Origin: Thecamonas trahens ATCC 50062
Taxonomy: Eukaryota > Protista > Apusomonadida
Direction: 5' to 3'
Assembly (NCBI RefSeq): GCF_000142905.1
Contig: NW_013657676.1
Coordinates: forward strand, 186,001-250,000
DNA: 64,000 bases
The translations under genes and the position numbers were made by a program. The notes beneath the pieces are model-generated. The model worked only from the letters and a program-made list of their open reading frames with translations. It did not search any database and was not told the origin of the DNA. Below, piece by piece: positions 13,001 to 22,618 of this stretch (position 1 is the stretch's first letter; the number at the start of each line of letters is the position of its first letter).

Positions 13001-13672
13001 CGAGCCTCAGGCGGCATCGGCGACAACATGGTGCTGCAGCCGTACTCGGTTGACCACTCGCTTGCACGCGTTGCCTTTGACCTCTCGTACTTTTTCTTTC
13101 TCGTCGTCATCTTTCTCTCCATCTTCCTCGGCATCATCACCGATACCTTTGGAGAGCTCCGCGCCCGCCGCAACTATCTGCAGAACGAGATCCGCAACCA
13201 CTGCTTTGTGTGCGGGGTTGACCGTTCGCGGCTGATGCGCGACGGCAACGGGTTCTCCACACACGTCTCGTCGGAACACAACATTCGCCACTACATGTTC
13301 CTCATCTCCTACCTCCGCGAGCTCCCGCTGCTGCAGCAGAGTGGCGGCGAGGCGTACATAGCCCGCAAGATCCTGGTCTACGACACCTCGTTCTTCCCCG
13401 AGCAGCGCGCCATGTGCTTTGAGCGCTCTGCGCAGCGCGACACTGTCGAGCTGTGGGAGCTGGCCGCCAAGGTCGACGACGTCCGCAACGACCACGACCG
13501 CATGCTCGCCGAGGTCCGCCGCTACTGTGCCGCCCTTGAGCAGGCCCAGCTCCGCGCCAAACGTGAGCAAGACACCGACCTGGAGATCCTCCTGGCCGAG
13601 CTCCGTGTCCAGCAGGACATGACGAGAGTTCTTGCTACACGCATCGAGTCGGCGCTGGCAGGAAGCGAGTAA
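4086..13672 (+). CDS. ITPR: IP3 receptor/ryanodine receptor-like Ca2+ release channel (~3195 aa; one -1 frameshift at ~6139-6142)
   Basis: N-terminal LRYGTPIQLQHVLSGKFI, MIR-type YRLRHLRSGSYLA, RIH region LGYDL..LAHVFDRNELLL, ELCMGPCSGNQ, LERLYFRIP, six TM segments, pore GLRASGGIGD, GIITDTFGELR, CFVCG..HVSSEHN zinc finger. The two ORFs join if one T is added to the T4 run. Confidence 0.93.
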
Positions 13673-13680
13673 ACGCACGG

Positions 13681-16600
13681 CTACAGCCGCGGGAGCTCGA
13701 TCTTGCGCACAGGCGCCGGCCGTGCCATGACCGAGTAGCCGAGATGGTCATGCGGCGCTGTCTGCGGGACCGGAGCTACTCCTGCGCCTTCCGCGCCCAC
13801 CACTCTCCGGGCACTTGACACCGCCGCCAGGGTGCTTGTCGCTCGGTTACGCGACGACGCGCCTGCTGCCGACGAGCCAGTGACAAAGTGGATACCACCG
13901 GCGCGACGGCGGTTGAAAATTCCAGTCATCCGTGCTGGGGCATTGACTGAGTCGGCAAGCAGCTGCGAGCGCCGCGAGGCCAGGCCTGGGGCCTGGGCGA
14001 GTGCGGTCGAGCGAGCGGCAGCATAGGCGTCGAGCTGGATGTGGTCGAGGAGGGCGATGACGTAGTTGACCGAGCGAATGGACTCGAGCGCGAGCTGCGA
14101 CTTGGAAGACGCATTCTGCCAGCCGGCTGTCATGGCGTGCATTGAGCGCGCGGCGGCGGTGTCGCGATGAACGAGGTCTGCATCACCGCTACCAGCAGCG
14201 CCCGAGTACTCGCGCCCGAGCAACACTGCCGCTTGGGCGATTTCGTCGGTGCAGAGCGCCTCGAGCTTGCCAAGAACGACGAGGAGCGACTCGCGGAGCT
14301 GAGCCTGGAGGGAGGCAAGATACGGCCGAGCCGGGGCGTGGACCATGTCGTCAACGAGTGCGGCGTCGGCGGCAGCCGAGCTGGGCGCGCCGCGGAGGAG
14401 CCGGGTGAGGGCAAAGCGCGAGACTTTGCTCTGGACGTCGAGCGCGACGGCAAAGGTAACGACGACGACGGCAGCAACGAGGACGGCAATGGCGATGATC
14501 AAAAGCGCCGACTCTTCCGACGACGTCATCGAATCCGAGTGGAAGACCAGACCAATGGCAAGGAGGAAGAACGAGAGCGCCATACCGATCGACTCGAGGC
14601 CGTCAAGCACTTGCGAGACAAACGGGTGGGCAAAGACTTGAAGGAGGCCAAAGCCGAGAAAAACAATGATGCCCGCCGCAGCCTTCCACACTGGATCGAC
14701 CGGGAGGATACCGGTGACGGCAGTGACCGCCAGCTTGCGAAGAAAGATGACGAGCTCCCACCAAAAGTAGTCGCGGTCGTACTTGTAGCACATGACACCG
14801 TAGCGCCTGCGGAAGGCCTCCGAGTCCAACTCGAGGGCATGCCTCCGCATTGTGTGCCAGTACCAGATCGGGACACCCGCGATCGAGACAACTAGCCCAG
14901 CACAAGCAACAAACAGCGCGCGCGCCCACTCGCCTCCGCCATCGTAGCAGGTAATGTTCTCGTAGCGAGAGAGGACATACCGCCCGTCGCTCTTGAGCTC
15001 ACATTGAAGCACGTCGGTGAGCGCCGCCACTTGAGAGATGTAGAGAATGTTGACAAGGACGGTAAAGGTGGAGATGAAGCCGTCGACGCCGCAAGCAACC
15101 AAGACGTCTCCTCGCGAGAGCGACGGAGGAGATGGTGGCGACAGCATCGACTTTGACGCTGGCTCTGGCTCTGGCTCGGGCTCTGGCTCCGACTCCTCCA
15201 TCTGCTCCTCGGCCTGACCAAGCTCGACAAGCTCGGTATCAGCGATGGGTGGCCCATGGGCATTTGCCTGCAACGGGCTATATGCCGGTGCAACTGCGGA
15301 CTGTGGATGAGCTCCAGGCGAGCGGGTGCAGCACCGGGTCCGGATGGCAGCGACAATGGCGAAAGCGACGAGCCAGATGACGGCGAAAAAGGCCGGGAGC
15401 GCGACCTTGAGTGCAGTGATGCCAACAAGGCCGAGGCCATCAATGGTGCACGGAAGGGAAATGAGGTCGAGGTTAAGCGAAAAGGCTGAAAAGACGGTGA
15501 ACATGGCGGTGAGCGTCGACGGCCACTCTAGGTCTACGTTGGCAAAGACGCCCATGATCTGGACAAAGTTGGCGGCGACTGAAAGCGAGGCAAACCAGCG
15601 CTTGAGAAAGACAAGGAGCAGAATGAGGGCAAAGAGGCCGACCGACCACAGCGCCCTGCTACCTGCGGACGGACAGATCTCGCACGCGCCTCGGTATTGG
15701 TAGTAGCCGGGAAGACAGAGCGCGCAGAGCTCGCCGGTTGCACCGGCCTTGCAGCTACCGTCTCCGGCGCAGTTGCGACAGGTGACAAATGTGCCTGGCG
15801 AGGCAACCGATGCCGCAAAGCCAGGCAGTGCCACCGGGTAGGGCGACGAGTTGTTGCAGCTGGCGAATGGCGGGCAGGCACCGCAGACTGGGACATCGCG
15901 TTCGACAGCCCGCTTCGGGCCACACACATCGCTGTTCCCATCCCAGCTTGCGGGCGAACCGACGAGCAGCAGTGAGGCCCCACAGTTTCCGCTCCACGGC
16001 TCGCCTCGGAACGAAAGATTGGCGAGGAGCGGGAGGCCAGCAACCGTGCCGGCATCTGCGGGGTTGCTCGTCAGTAACGGGAGCAGGTCAACTTGAGCCG
16101 GAGCCGACAGCAGGAGTGCAGAGCCGGGTCGGACAATCGCCGTCGCCGCCGGCGGTGATGAGACAAGACGCAGCAACGCGCCGCTGCTGGGAACATTGCC
16201 GACCATCTCGTAGCCCGAGATCCAGACTTCGGCGGCGGCAGTAGCGTTGCCGACGGCGATGACAACCGGTCGCGGCGGGCCAAACATGCCCCAGACCGGC
16301 GACGCTAGCGCGTTTGACGCCCGTGTACTTCCGCTCGCCCTGCCGATGACGGGCGGCATGTACTCGCCGTCCAGCGGCGCGGCGTAGACCAACGGCGCGG
16401 CGTCGAGGGCACGGACTAGCGTCAACTCGACCGACAAGTCGTAAGGCGCGGCGGAAGAGGCCGCCAGCGCTGAGCTGTTGAAGAGCGCTAGACCAGAGAT
16501 CCAGCCGTCAAAGAACGCGTCGGTGGTACCCGAGCTCGGCGCGTCGAGACAGCCCAGCGAGAGTGAGAAGGCACCCGGCCCGATCGCCCACGAGAAGCCC

Positions 16601-17136
16601 GCGTCCGCAGTGACAGCGGCATCGCCTTTGTCGTCGACTATCAGACTCAGTGTCTGGCTAGCCGGCGACCAGCTGATGACAACATGGATCCAACGGAAAG
16701 GACCAGCAGCGAGCGCGGCCTTGGAGGCGACGAGGGTGCAGCTCGAGCCGGAGAACGGCAGCGGGTCGGCGGCTCCGCCGCGCCAGCTCTCCACAGCAGG
16801 ACATGCTCCAATGGCGGCGAGCAGCCTGCCCGATGGAGTGAGGCCCACGACGAAGCCGGCCGGAGTGTGGGCGGCGGCCACGGCGAGGCGGTCACTGGGA
16901 AGGGCGCGCGGGCGGAGCCAGAGTTCGACGAGGGCATTGCTGAGCGGGTCGACGAGGGTCGGGACAGCCGGAACAACGTCAAGAGCGAGGCAAGACATGT
17001 TCGCCGCCACAAACGAGGCGCCCGGCGCCCATCCGCCGGCCACGGACTCTGCCACGGCGTAGGGAAGGTGTCCTGAAGCGAGAGCGAGGGCGAGGGCGAG
17101 CAGGACGAGGGCGGGATGTGCCCCATGGCGGGGCAT
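13681..17136 (-). CDS. multi-pass membrane receptor-like protein: signal peptide, LamG/concanavalin-like domain, Cys-rich region, ~9-10 TM (TRP/PKD-like C-terminal region)
   Basis: Signal LVLLALALALA; LamG-like VELWLRP..WIHVVISW..LSLIVD..FFDGWISGLALFN; CKAGATGELCALCLPGYY; TM motifs FVQI, LEWP, RYGVMCYKY..YFWWELVIFLRK, HPF. Confidence 0.75.
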   Translation of the reverse strand: MPRHGAHPALVLLALALALASGHLPYAVAESVAGGWAPGASFVAANMSCLALDVVPAVPTLVDPLSNALVELWLRPRALPSDRLAVAAAHTPAGFVVGLTPSGRLLAAIGACPAVESWRGGAADPLPFSGSSCTLVASKAALAAGPFRWIHVVISWSPASQTLSLIVDDKGDAAVTADAGFSWAIGPGAFSLSLGCLDAPSSGTTDAFFDGWISGLALFNSSALAASSAAPYDLSVELTLVRALDAAPLVYAAPLDGEYMPPVIGRASGSTRASNALASPVWGMFGPPRPVVIAVGNATAAAEVWISGYEMVGNVPSSGALLRLVSSPPAATAIVRPGSALLLSAPAQVDLLPLLTSNPADAGTVAGLPLLANLSFRGEPWSGNCGASLLLVGSPASWDGNSDVCGPKRAVERDVPVCGACPPFASCNNSSPYPVALPGFAASVASPGTFVTCRNCAGDGSCKAGATGELCALCLPGYYQYRGACEICPSAGSRALWSVGLFALILLLVFLKRWFASLSVAANFVQIMGVFANVDLEWPSTLTAMFTVFSAFSLNLDLISLPCTIDGLGLVGITALKVALPAFFAVIWLVAFAIVAAIRTRCCTRSPGAHPQSAVAPAYSPLQANAHGPPIADTELVELGQAEEQMEESEPEPEPEPEPASKSMLSPPSPPSLSRGDVLVACGVDGFISTFTVLVNILYISQVAALTDVLQCELKSDGRYVLSRYENITCYDGGGEWARALFVACAGLVVSIAGVPIWYWHTMRRHALELDSEAFRRRYGVMCYKYDRDYFWWELVIFLRKLAVTAVTGILPVDPVWKAAAGIIVFLGFGLLQVFAHPFVSQVLDGLESIGMALSFFLLAIGLVFHSDSMTSSEESALLIIAIAVLVAAVVVVTFAVALDVQSKVSRFALTRLLRGAPSSAAADAALVDDMVHAPARPYLASLQAQLRESLLVVLGKLEALCTDEIAQAAVLLGREYSGAAGSGDADLVHRDTAAARSMHAMTAGWQNASSKSQLALESIRSVNYVIALLDHIQLDAYAAARSTALAQAPGLASRRSQLLADSVNAPARMTGIFNRRRAGGIHFVTGSSAAGASSRNRATSTLAAVSSARRVVGAEGAGVAPVPQTAPHDHLGYSVMARPAPVRKIELPRL

Positions 17137-17358
17137 AGGTGCGGCAGGGGGGTTGGGGGGGGTTGGGGGGGGGGTGGGGGGGTTGGGGGGTTGGGGAGAG
17201 GCGACGTCTGCCCGGGTGAAAGGTGGAGGGGGACGGCGCCAGAGGGAGAAGCGAACGAAACGAACGAACGAGTGAACGAATGTGCGGATGAACGGGCGAG
17301 CACATTAGTAGTCATTGGCCAAATGGCGGGAGACACTGGCAGGCAGAGGGCGGGCAGA

Positions 17359-17440
17359 GGGCAGGCAGCGGGCGGGCAGGCAGAGGGCGGGCAGGCAGCG
17401 GGCGGGCAGGCAGAGGGCGGGCAGGCAGAGGGCGGGCAGA
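17359..17440. repeat. 15-bp tandem repeat GGGCGGGCAGGCAG(A/C), ~5 copies
   Basis: Seen directly in the divergent intergenic region. Confidence 0.85.
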
Positions 17441-17508
17441 CGGGGTTTGCACCTCACCCCCACCTCCACCACCCTCGCCCACCCCACGACTCCCCAAGAC
17501 CCCACTTT

Positions 17509-18726
17509 ATGTCCGCATACCCGTTCAACACGACCGGGGGTGCCTTTGCGCCGCCTCCGGTCTCGGCGGCAAACACGTCGCCGGCACCGAGCTCGCCGTC
17601 ACCGCGGGTGTCACGGACGACGTCCAAGGCATCGATGCGCTCGCTGCGCGGACGGCGGTCGGTAGGCTCGTCGAACTTTGCCTCGCTGATTCCGCGTCGA
17701 CGGTCATCGCGGATGGGCATGTCTCTGGCTGGGCGCCCGGGTAAGACGGCGGCGGCGGCTGCAGCTGCACGGGTTCGCGCACCGGCCAAGGCCACGGTTG
17801 CGGCGGGCCTGGGCGGCGCCGGGACGGCATTTCTGCGGTCCGAGGCACGGGAGGCACGCCAGCGCAAGGACGCCGAGGCTGCTAGGCTGGCGGCGGCCGA
17901 AGCGGCCGGCGATATGCCTGCGGCGCCTGCCAGCTCGAGCGAGGCCTCGCGGTACGTGGCCGATGTCGACGCCGTCACGCCGATCATCCGCGGCGAGTAC
18001 TCGACGGCGCAGCGGGCAGCGGCGGTGCGGAAGCTGGCCCATCTTGCTTGGCTCGGCTCCGAGTACACCCAGGTCTACGTCGGGCGCATCGGGCTCATCG
18101 GAACCATGGCGACCATTCTGGCATCGGGCGACGATGTAGAGCTCAAGCTCGCCACCCTACAGGCCCTCTCGGTTGTTGTCCGCGGCTGCCGCCCGAATCA
18201 GGAGCGAGCCCGCAAGGTCCGCATCATCCCAGCCGTCACAAAGTATCTTGACCACTCCAGAAAGGCCGTGCGCCAGTGGGCGGCGCACGCACTCTTTTTT
18301 GTACTCCACAACAACATGGCCAACCACACCGTGGCGCTGCGGACCCACTCACTCAAGCGCCTGCTCGAGCTTGCTGCTGCCGAGCCGTGGGAGGCCTTCA
18401 AGCACAACGAGGCGCAGCAGATCCTGTACATGCTCGGCCTCGCCGACGTCGAGCCGCAGACCGGCTCGTCGTCGCGCTCGCGCCGCGCCGCGCCGCGCGA
18501 CACCGACTCTTCGACCTCACTGAATGCCTCGGCCTCACCGCGCCCTCCGACCTCACCGCGGTCGCCGGTCTCGCCGCGGTCGCCAGTCTCACCGCTCTCG
18601 CCGCGATCGCCGCGGTCGCCGCGGTCGCCCGGCCACTCTGGTCATCGCCCCATTCATAGCGTGCGCGGGCCTCGCGGTGGGCGAGCCACGCAGCTGCAGC
18701 GCAAGCGGTCGCTGCTATCGATGTGA
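17509..18726 (+). CDS. ARMH2: armadillo-like helical protein, ARMH2-like, with Ser-Pro-Arg repeat tail
   Basis: ATG 17509 follows a C-rich leader. QRAAAVRKLAHLAWLG..LKLATLQAL..NQERA..IIP..W..LHNN..SLKRLLELAAAEPW..NEAQQILYMLG resembles my recollection of animal ARMH2. Confidence 0.6.
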   Translation: MSAYPFNTTGGAFAPPPVSAANTSPAPSSPSPRVSRTTSKASMRSLRGRRSVGSSNFASLIPRRRSSRMGMSLAGRPGKTAAAAAAARVRAPAKATVAAGLGGAGTAFLRSEAREARQRKDAEAARLAAAEAAGDMPAAPASSSEASRYVADVDAVTPIIRGEYSTAQRAAAVRKLAHLAWLGSEYTQVYVGRIGLIGTMATILASGDDVELKLATLQALSVVVRGCRPNQERARKVRIIPAVTKYLDHSRKAVRQWAAHALFFVLHNNMANHTVALRTHSLKRLLELAAAEPWEAFKHNEAQQILYMLGLADVEPQTGSSSRSRRAAPRDTDSSTSLNASASPRPPTSPRSPVSPRSPVSPLSPRSPRSPRSPGHSGHRPIHSVRGPRGGRATQLQRKRSLLSM

Positions 18727-18735
18727 GACGGCATT

Positions 18736-21700
18736 TTAGTGTGAAGGCGCGGCTGCGGCCGGCGCAAGCGCGGCGGCAAGCTGCTTGAACAGCTGGCGCT
18801 GGTCGGCAGTGAGGCTCGAGTACTCGGCGCGGAAGTGGTACATGGGCGACGACGACTCAAAGTCCTGGGCAAGCTCTGTGGCCCGGGCGACGATCGAGTC
18901 TGCGACGCCGGCGAGCTTGGCCACGTTCATGCCGTACGACTTGGAGGCGACGCCTGGGGCAAGCTTGTAGAGGAAGGTCACCTCGTCAGCCTCCTCGTCG
19001 ACGTAGCAAGACATGTGCTGGAGCGAGACACCCGGCGTGGTCGAGAACTCTTCGCAGAGCGCGTGGTAGTGGGTCGAGAAAAGGGTGCGAGCGCCGAGCC
19101 CGTTGAGAAGCTCCGAGAGGACGGCGTAGGCGATCGAGTAACCGTCAAAGGTCGAGGTACCACGGCCAAGCTCGTCCATGATGACCAGCGACGACGCGGT
19201 GCCGTGCTGGAGGACGGCGGCGGTCTCGAGGAGCTCGACCATAAACGTGGATTGGCCACGCATGATGTGGTCGTGGGCGCCGATGCGGGTAAAGATGCGG
19301 TCGACTGGGGCGAGCGTCATGACTGCGGCCGGGACGTACGCGCCCATCTGGGCGAGAATGACGGCGACGGCGACAGAGCGGAGGAGCGTCGACTTTCCGC
19401 CCATGTTGGGCCCGGTGAGCAGGATGACGCCCGGACCGTCGCCGCCGACGACCACGTCGTTGGGAATGAATGACGAGGCGATCGAGACCTTGACGCACGG
19501 ATGGCGGAGCTCCGAGATGGCGAGCTGCGGGACGGACGAGGCACCGGCCTCGTGCGCCGTGACAGTCGGCAGGCACTTGGGCTCAGCGAGGGCGCGCGAA
19601 AAGGTCTTGAGCGAGATGAGGACGTCGAGGGCAGCGAGCTTGTCGATGGCGCGGCGCCAGACGGCCTGCCGGGCCTCAAATTCTCCCAGAAAGTGCTTGA
19701 GGAGCACCACCTGCGTCTGCGCAAACCGCTCGAGCACCTCGTCACGATGCGGGAGGAGCTCAGCGAGGAACGGCGACCAGTACCGCTTGACAGCCTTGGT
19801 CTGGGAGCGGAGGATCCAGTTGGCCGGGACGGTTGTCGACGCCGGGACCTGGATCTGGTATGCTTCCTTGTTGAGGTGCTTGTACTCGACTCCTGAGACG
19901 CGGAGCGAGGAGCGGACTTCCTTCAGGTGGCTCTCCAGCTTGCTGTTGATGCTCTTGATCTCAGCGTTGAGTTCGTCAAAGAGCGCGTGGACGCCCGGGC
20001 GCGGCGAGATCGAGCCCTGCTGTAGCGCCGCCTCCCAGTCAAAGGCGGCCCGAAAGTGGGCAACGCCCGCGGCGAGGTCGTCGACGCCGACGCTGAGGAG
20101 CGAGGTGAGGAGCGGCGAGCTCGCCGCCGCGGCCGCGCCCGGTGTCCCTGGCGTCCCAAACGTCGACGCCATAAAGGTCGAGACCGTCTCAAAAGCCTGC
20201 AGCAGCGCCACAAACTTGTGCATTGGACACGCCTTGGCCGCCGCCCGCGACGTCAGCCGCTCCAGATCCGGCAGGCTTTTGAGCATTCCCTCGAGCGGCG
20301 CCGCAAGGTGCTCATCGGTAGAGCGGAGGACCTCGACCGCCGCCTGCCGCGCCCGGATGTCCTCCACCTTGACCAGCGGATACGCCAGCTCGTGGCGGAA
20401 GCGCCGGCGGCCAAACGGCGTGACACAGAACTGGGTGAGCTCGAGCAGCGTGCCGCGCGTCGAGCCGTCGTGCGAGTTGTTGAGCACGTTGAGGTTGTAC
20501 AGCGTCTGCCCGTCCATGACCAGCGACGTCGACGACTTGACAATGTCGTACTCGGCAAACACGCCCTGTGCCACCAGTGACGGGCCGAGCTTGAGCTTGT
20601 CGAGGTAGTAAAAGAGCGCGCCGAGCGCCGAGCTCCGCTCGGCTGGCCCGTCCAGGAGTGCGGTCAGCTCGGCAGGCACCTCCTCGACGGACGCGGCGAG
20701 CCAGCTCGCCCGCGCGCTCGCGTCCCAAAACTGCCGCTCCGCATCGAGGAGGACAAGCGCGTCGCGCCGCGGGACGTGAACCTTGACCAGCGCCGCGACG
20801 GGCTTGGACGTCTCGCCGCGGGCAAGGAGTACCTCCTTAGGCTTGATCTGCACAAGCAGCGTCTCCAGCAGAGTCAGATGCTCGTTGTCGTTGAGTTGGG
20901 TGGCGTAGAACTTGCCGGTGGCGCAGTCGACAAAGGCGACGCCGAGAGTGTGGCTTGTCGCAGGCGCGCCGCTACCGCTGCCGTGTGCTGGCACCTCGGC
21001 AATCGCCAAGAGGTACGCCGCGTCCGGCGACGCCAGAAGCTCGTCCTCGACAAGCGTGCCAGCAGTAAGGACTTGAGTCAGCTTGCGGCGAATGAGGTTG
21101 GCGCCCTTGGCCTTGGAGCCATCCTTGCGGGCGAGGTCCGATCCAATCTTGGTTTCGACCTGGTCGACCCGGGCGACCTTGTACCCGAGCGCCACCAGCT
21201 GGGCCGCCCACTTCTGAAAGTGCATCTCGGGCACGCCGCACATTCGCATGTTGACCCGCTCGGTGAGCTTGAGATCAAGAACCTGATGTGTGATGTCGGC
21301 ATCGCCCTCAAAGACCTCGTAGAACTTGCCCTTTTTGAAAAAGACCACCGTGTCAAAGTAGTCCTTCTTGATGGCCCAGTACTGTTTCTCAAACCCAGTA
21401 AAGAGTTTGGACTTGGCATCAAAGTACTTGGGCGGGATGTAGAGCGTCGACGGATCGTAGTCGGGGTGTGACGGCCGCCGCTGTGCGCCATCGCGGACGT
21501 CAACAAGGAACGCGAACCGGTCCTTATTGGCCGCCGCAAACTTGGTCTTGCGCTCCGCGCGCTTGGCTGCCTTGGTCGAGAGCCCACCCCACGCCGACGA
21601 CGACGCAGACGACGACTTGCGGACCGGCACCACATCCATCGGCACCATCGCGCTCAGTGGAAGATCGTCCGAGGAAGCCTCATCAACTGGCTCGGGGCTG

Positions 21701-22347
21701 GCTGCCGCCGCCTCCTCGAGCCCCTTGAGCGTCTCGGGATCCGCGAGCATGGCCGCGTCGGCTTCGGCTTCCTCCTCCTCGTCGGCCGCCAGCTCGGCTG
21801 GATCGAGCACAAACTCCTCATCGTCCGAGTCGTCCGAGTCCGAGTCCACCACCCGCCGCCGCCGAGCCTTCTTACTCGCCGGATGCTTGGTTGCCACCGA
21901 GTCCGAGAACGAGCCGTCATCACTCGCGCCACTGTCGTCGTCGTCGTCGTCGTCGTCGATACGGTACGAAACGATCTTGCGCTTGCGCGAAGGCCGCCCG
22001 GCGACCACTCGCCCAGTTCCGCCGCTTCCGGTGCTCGACGCCACCATTGTCAGAGGACGGTCGTCGTCCGAGCTCGCCTCGCTTTGCGGCCCTCTGCTCC
22101 TCCCTGCCACCGCCTTGAGTGGCGAGGGCGTGGCCAGTCCCCCGGGTGCGGCTGCTGCCGCCGCTGCATGCGCAGGCGTAGAATCATGGGCTACCGCCAT
22201 GGCCACCACTTTGGCCTCTGCCCGCACCGGCGACAGCGCCTTGGCCTGCTCAGCAGCGGCACTCGTGTCCTTTGCCTCGGCCTCTCTCGGCGGGGCCTGA
22301 GCCGCTGCCGGCGGTGTCCCGAAAAACGACAGCAGCGAGCTCTGCAT
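18736..22347 (-). CDS. MSH6: DNA mismatch repair protein MSH6
   Basis: Starts MQSSLLSFF (PIP box); YDPSTLYIP, FKKGKFYE, GVPE, GYKVARVDQ, Walker A TGPNMGGKST, DRIFTRIGA, STFMVEL, DELGRGTST, STHYH, SYGMNVA. Confidence 0.97.
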   Translation of the reverse strand: MQSSLLSFFGTPPAAAQAPPREAEAKDTSAAAEQAKALSPVRAEAKVVAMAVAHDSTPAHAAAAAAAPGGLATPSPLKAVAGRSRGPQSEASSDDDRPLTMVASSTGSGGTGRVVAGRPSRKRKIVSYRIDDDDDDDDSGASDDGSFSDSVATKHPASKKARRRRVVDSDSDDSDDEEFVLDPAELAADEEEEAEADAAMLADPETLKGLEEAAAASPEPVDEASSDDLPLSAMVPMDVVPVRKSSSASSSAWGGLSTKAAKRAERKTKFAAANKDRFAFLVDVRDGAQRRPSHPDYDPSTLYIPPKYFDAKSKLFTGFEKQYWAIKKDYFDTVVFFKKGKFYEVFEGDADITHQVLDLKLTERVNMRMCGVPEMHFQKWAAQLVALGYKVARVDQVETKIGSDLARKDGSKAKGANLIRRKLTQVLTAGTLVEDELLASPDAAYLLAIAEVPAHGSGSGAPATSHTLGVAFVDCATGKFYATQLNDNEHLTLLETLLVQIKPKEVLLARGETSKPVAALVKVHVPRRDALVLLDAERQFWDASARASWLAASVEEVPAELTALLDGPAERSSALGALFYYLDKLKLGPSLVAQGVFAEYDIVKSSTSLVMDGQTLYNLNVLNNSHDGSTRGTLLELTQFCVTPFGRRRFRHELAYPLVKVEDIRARQAAVEVLRSTDEHLAAPLEGMLKSLPDLERLTSRAAAKACPMHKFVALLQAFETVSTFMASTFGTPGTPGAAAAASSPLLTSLLSVGVDDLAAGVAHFRAAFDWEAALQQGSISPRPGVHALFDELNAEIKSINSKLESHLKEVRSSLRVSGVEYKHLNKEAYQIQVPASTTVPANWILRSQTKAVKRYWSPFLAELLPHRDEVLERFAQTQVVLLKHFLGEFEARQAVWRRAIDKLAALDVLISLKTFSRALAEPKCLPTVTAHEAGASSVPQLAISELRHPCVKVSIASSFIPNDVVVGGDGPGVILLTGPNMGGKSTLLRSVAVAVILAQMGAYVPAAVMTLAPVDRIFTRIGAHDHIMRGQSTFMVELLETAAVLQHGTASSLVIMDELGRGTSTFDGYSIAYAVLSELLNGLGARTLFSTHYHALCEEFSTTPGVSLQHMSCYVDEEADEVTFLYKLAPGVASKSYGMNVAKLAGVADSIVARATELAQDFESSSPMYHFRAEYSSLTADQRQLFKQLAAALAPAAAAPSH

Positions 22348-22618
22348 GACCTTGGTCGTCGAGCGGTGTGGTGTGGCCGTCGCCCTGTTTGTGGTCGTCC
22401 AGCTCGCGGGGAATGAATGAATAGCGGCGAATCCGAATGATCGAATGACATGATGAAGGGGGAAAAGGGAGGAGGGCAGTGGGCGAAAAAAGGTCGTGGT
22501 TTTCGCCTCTCCCTCCACCTCTACAAGGCCGTCACCCCGGGGCCAATCATACGGTAGCACCCTTCTCCCGCACACCTGTTGCAGCGATTGTCTCGCCTGG
22601 TTGTGCTGGGAGAGAGCC

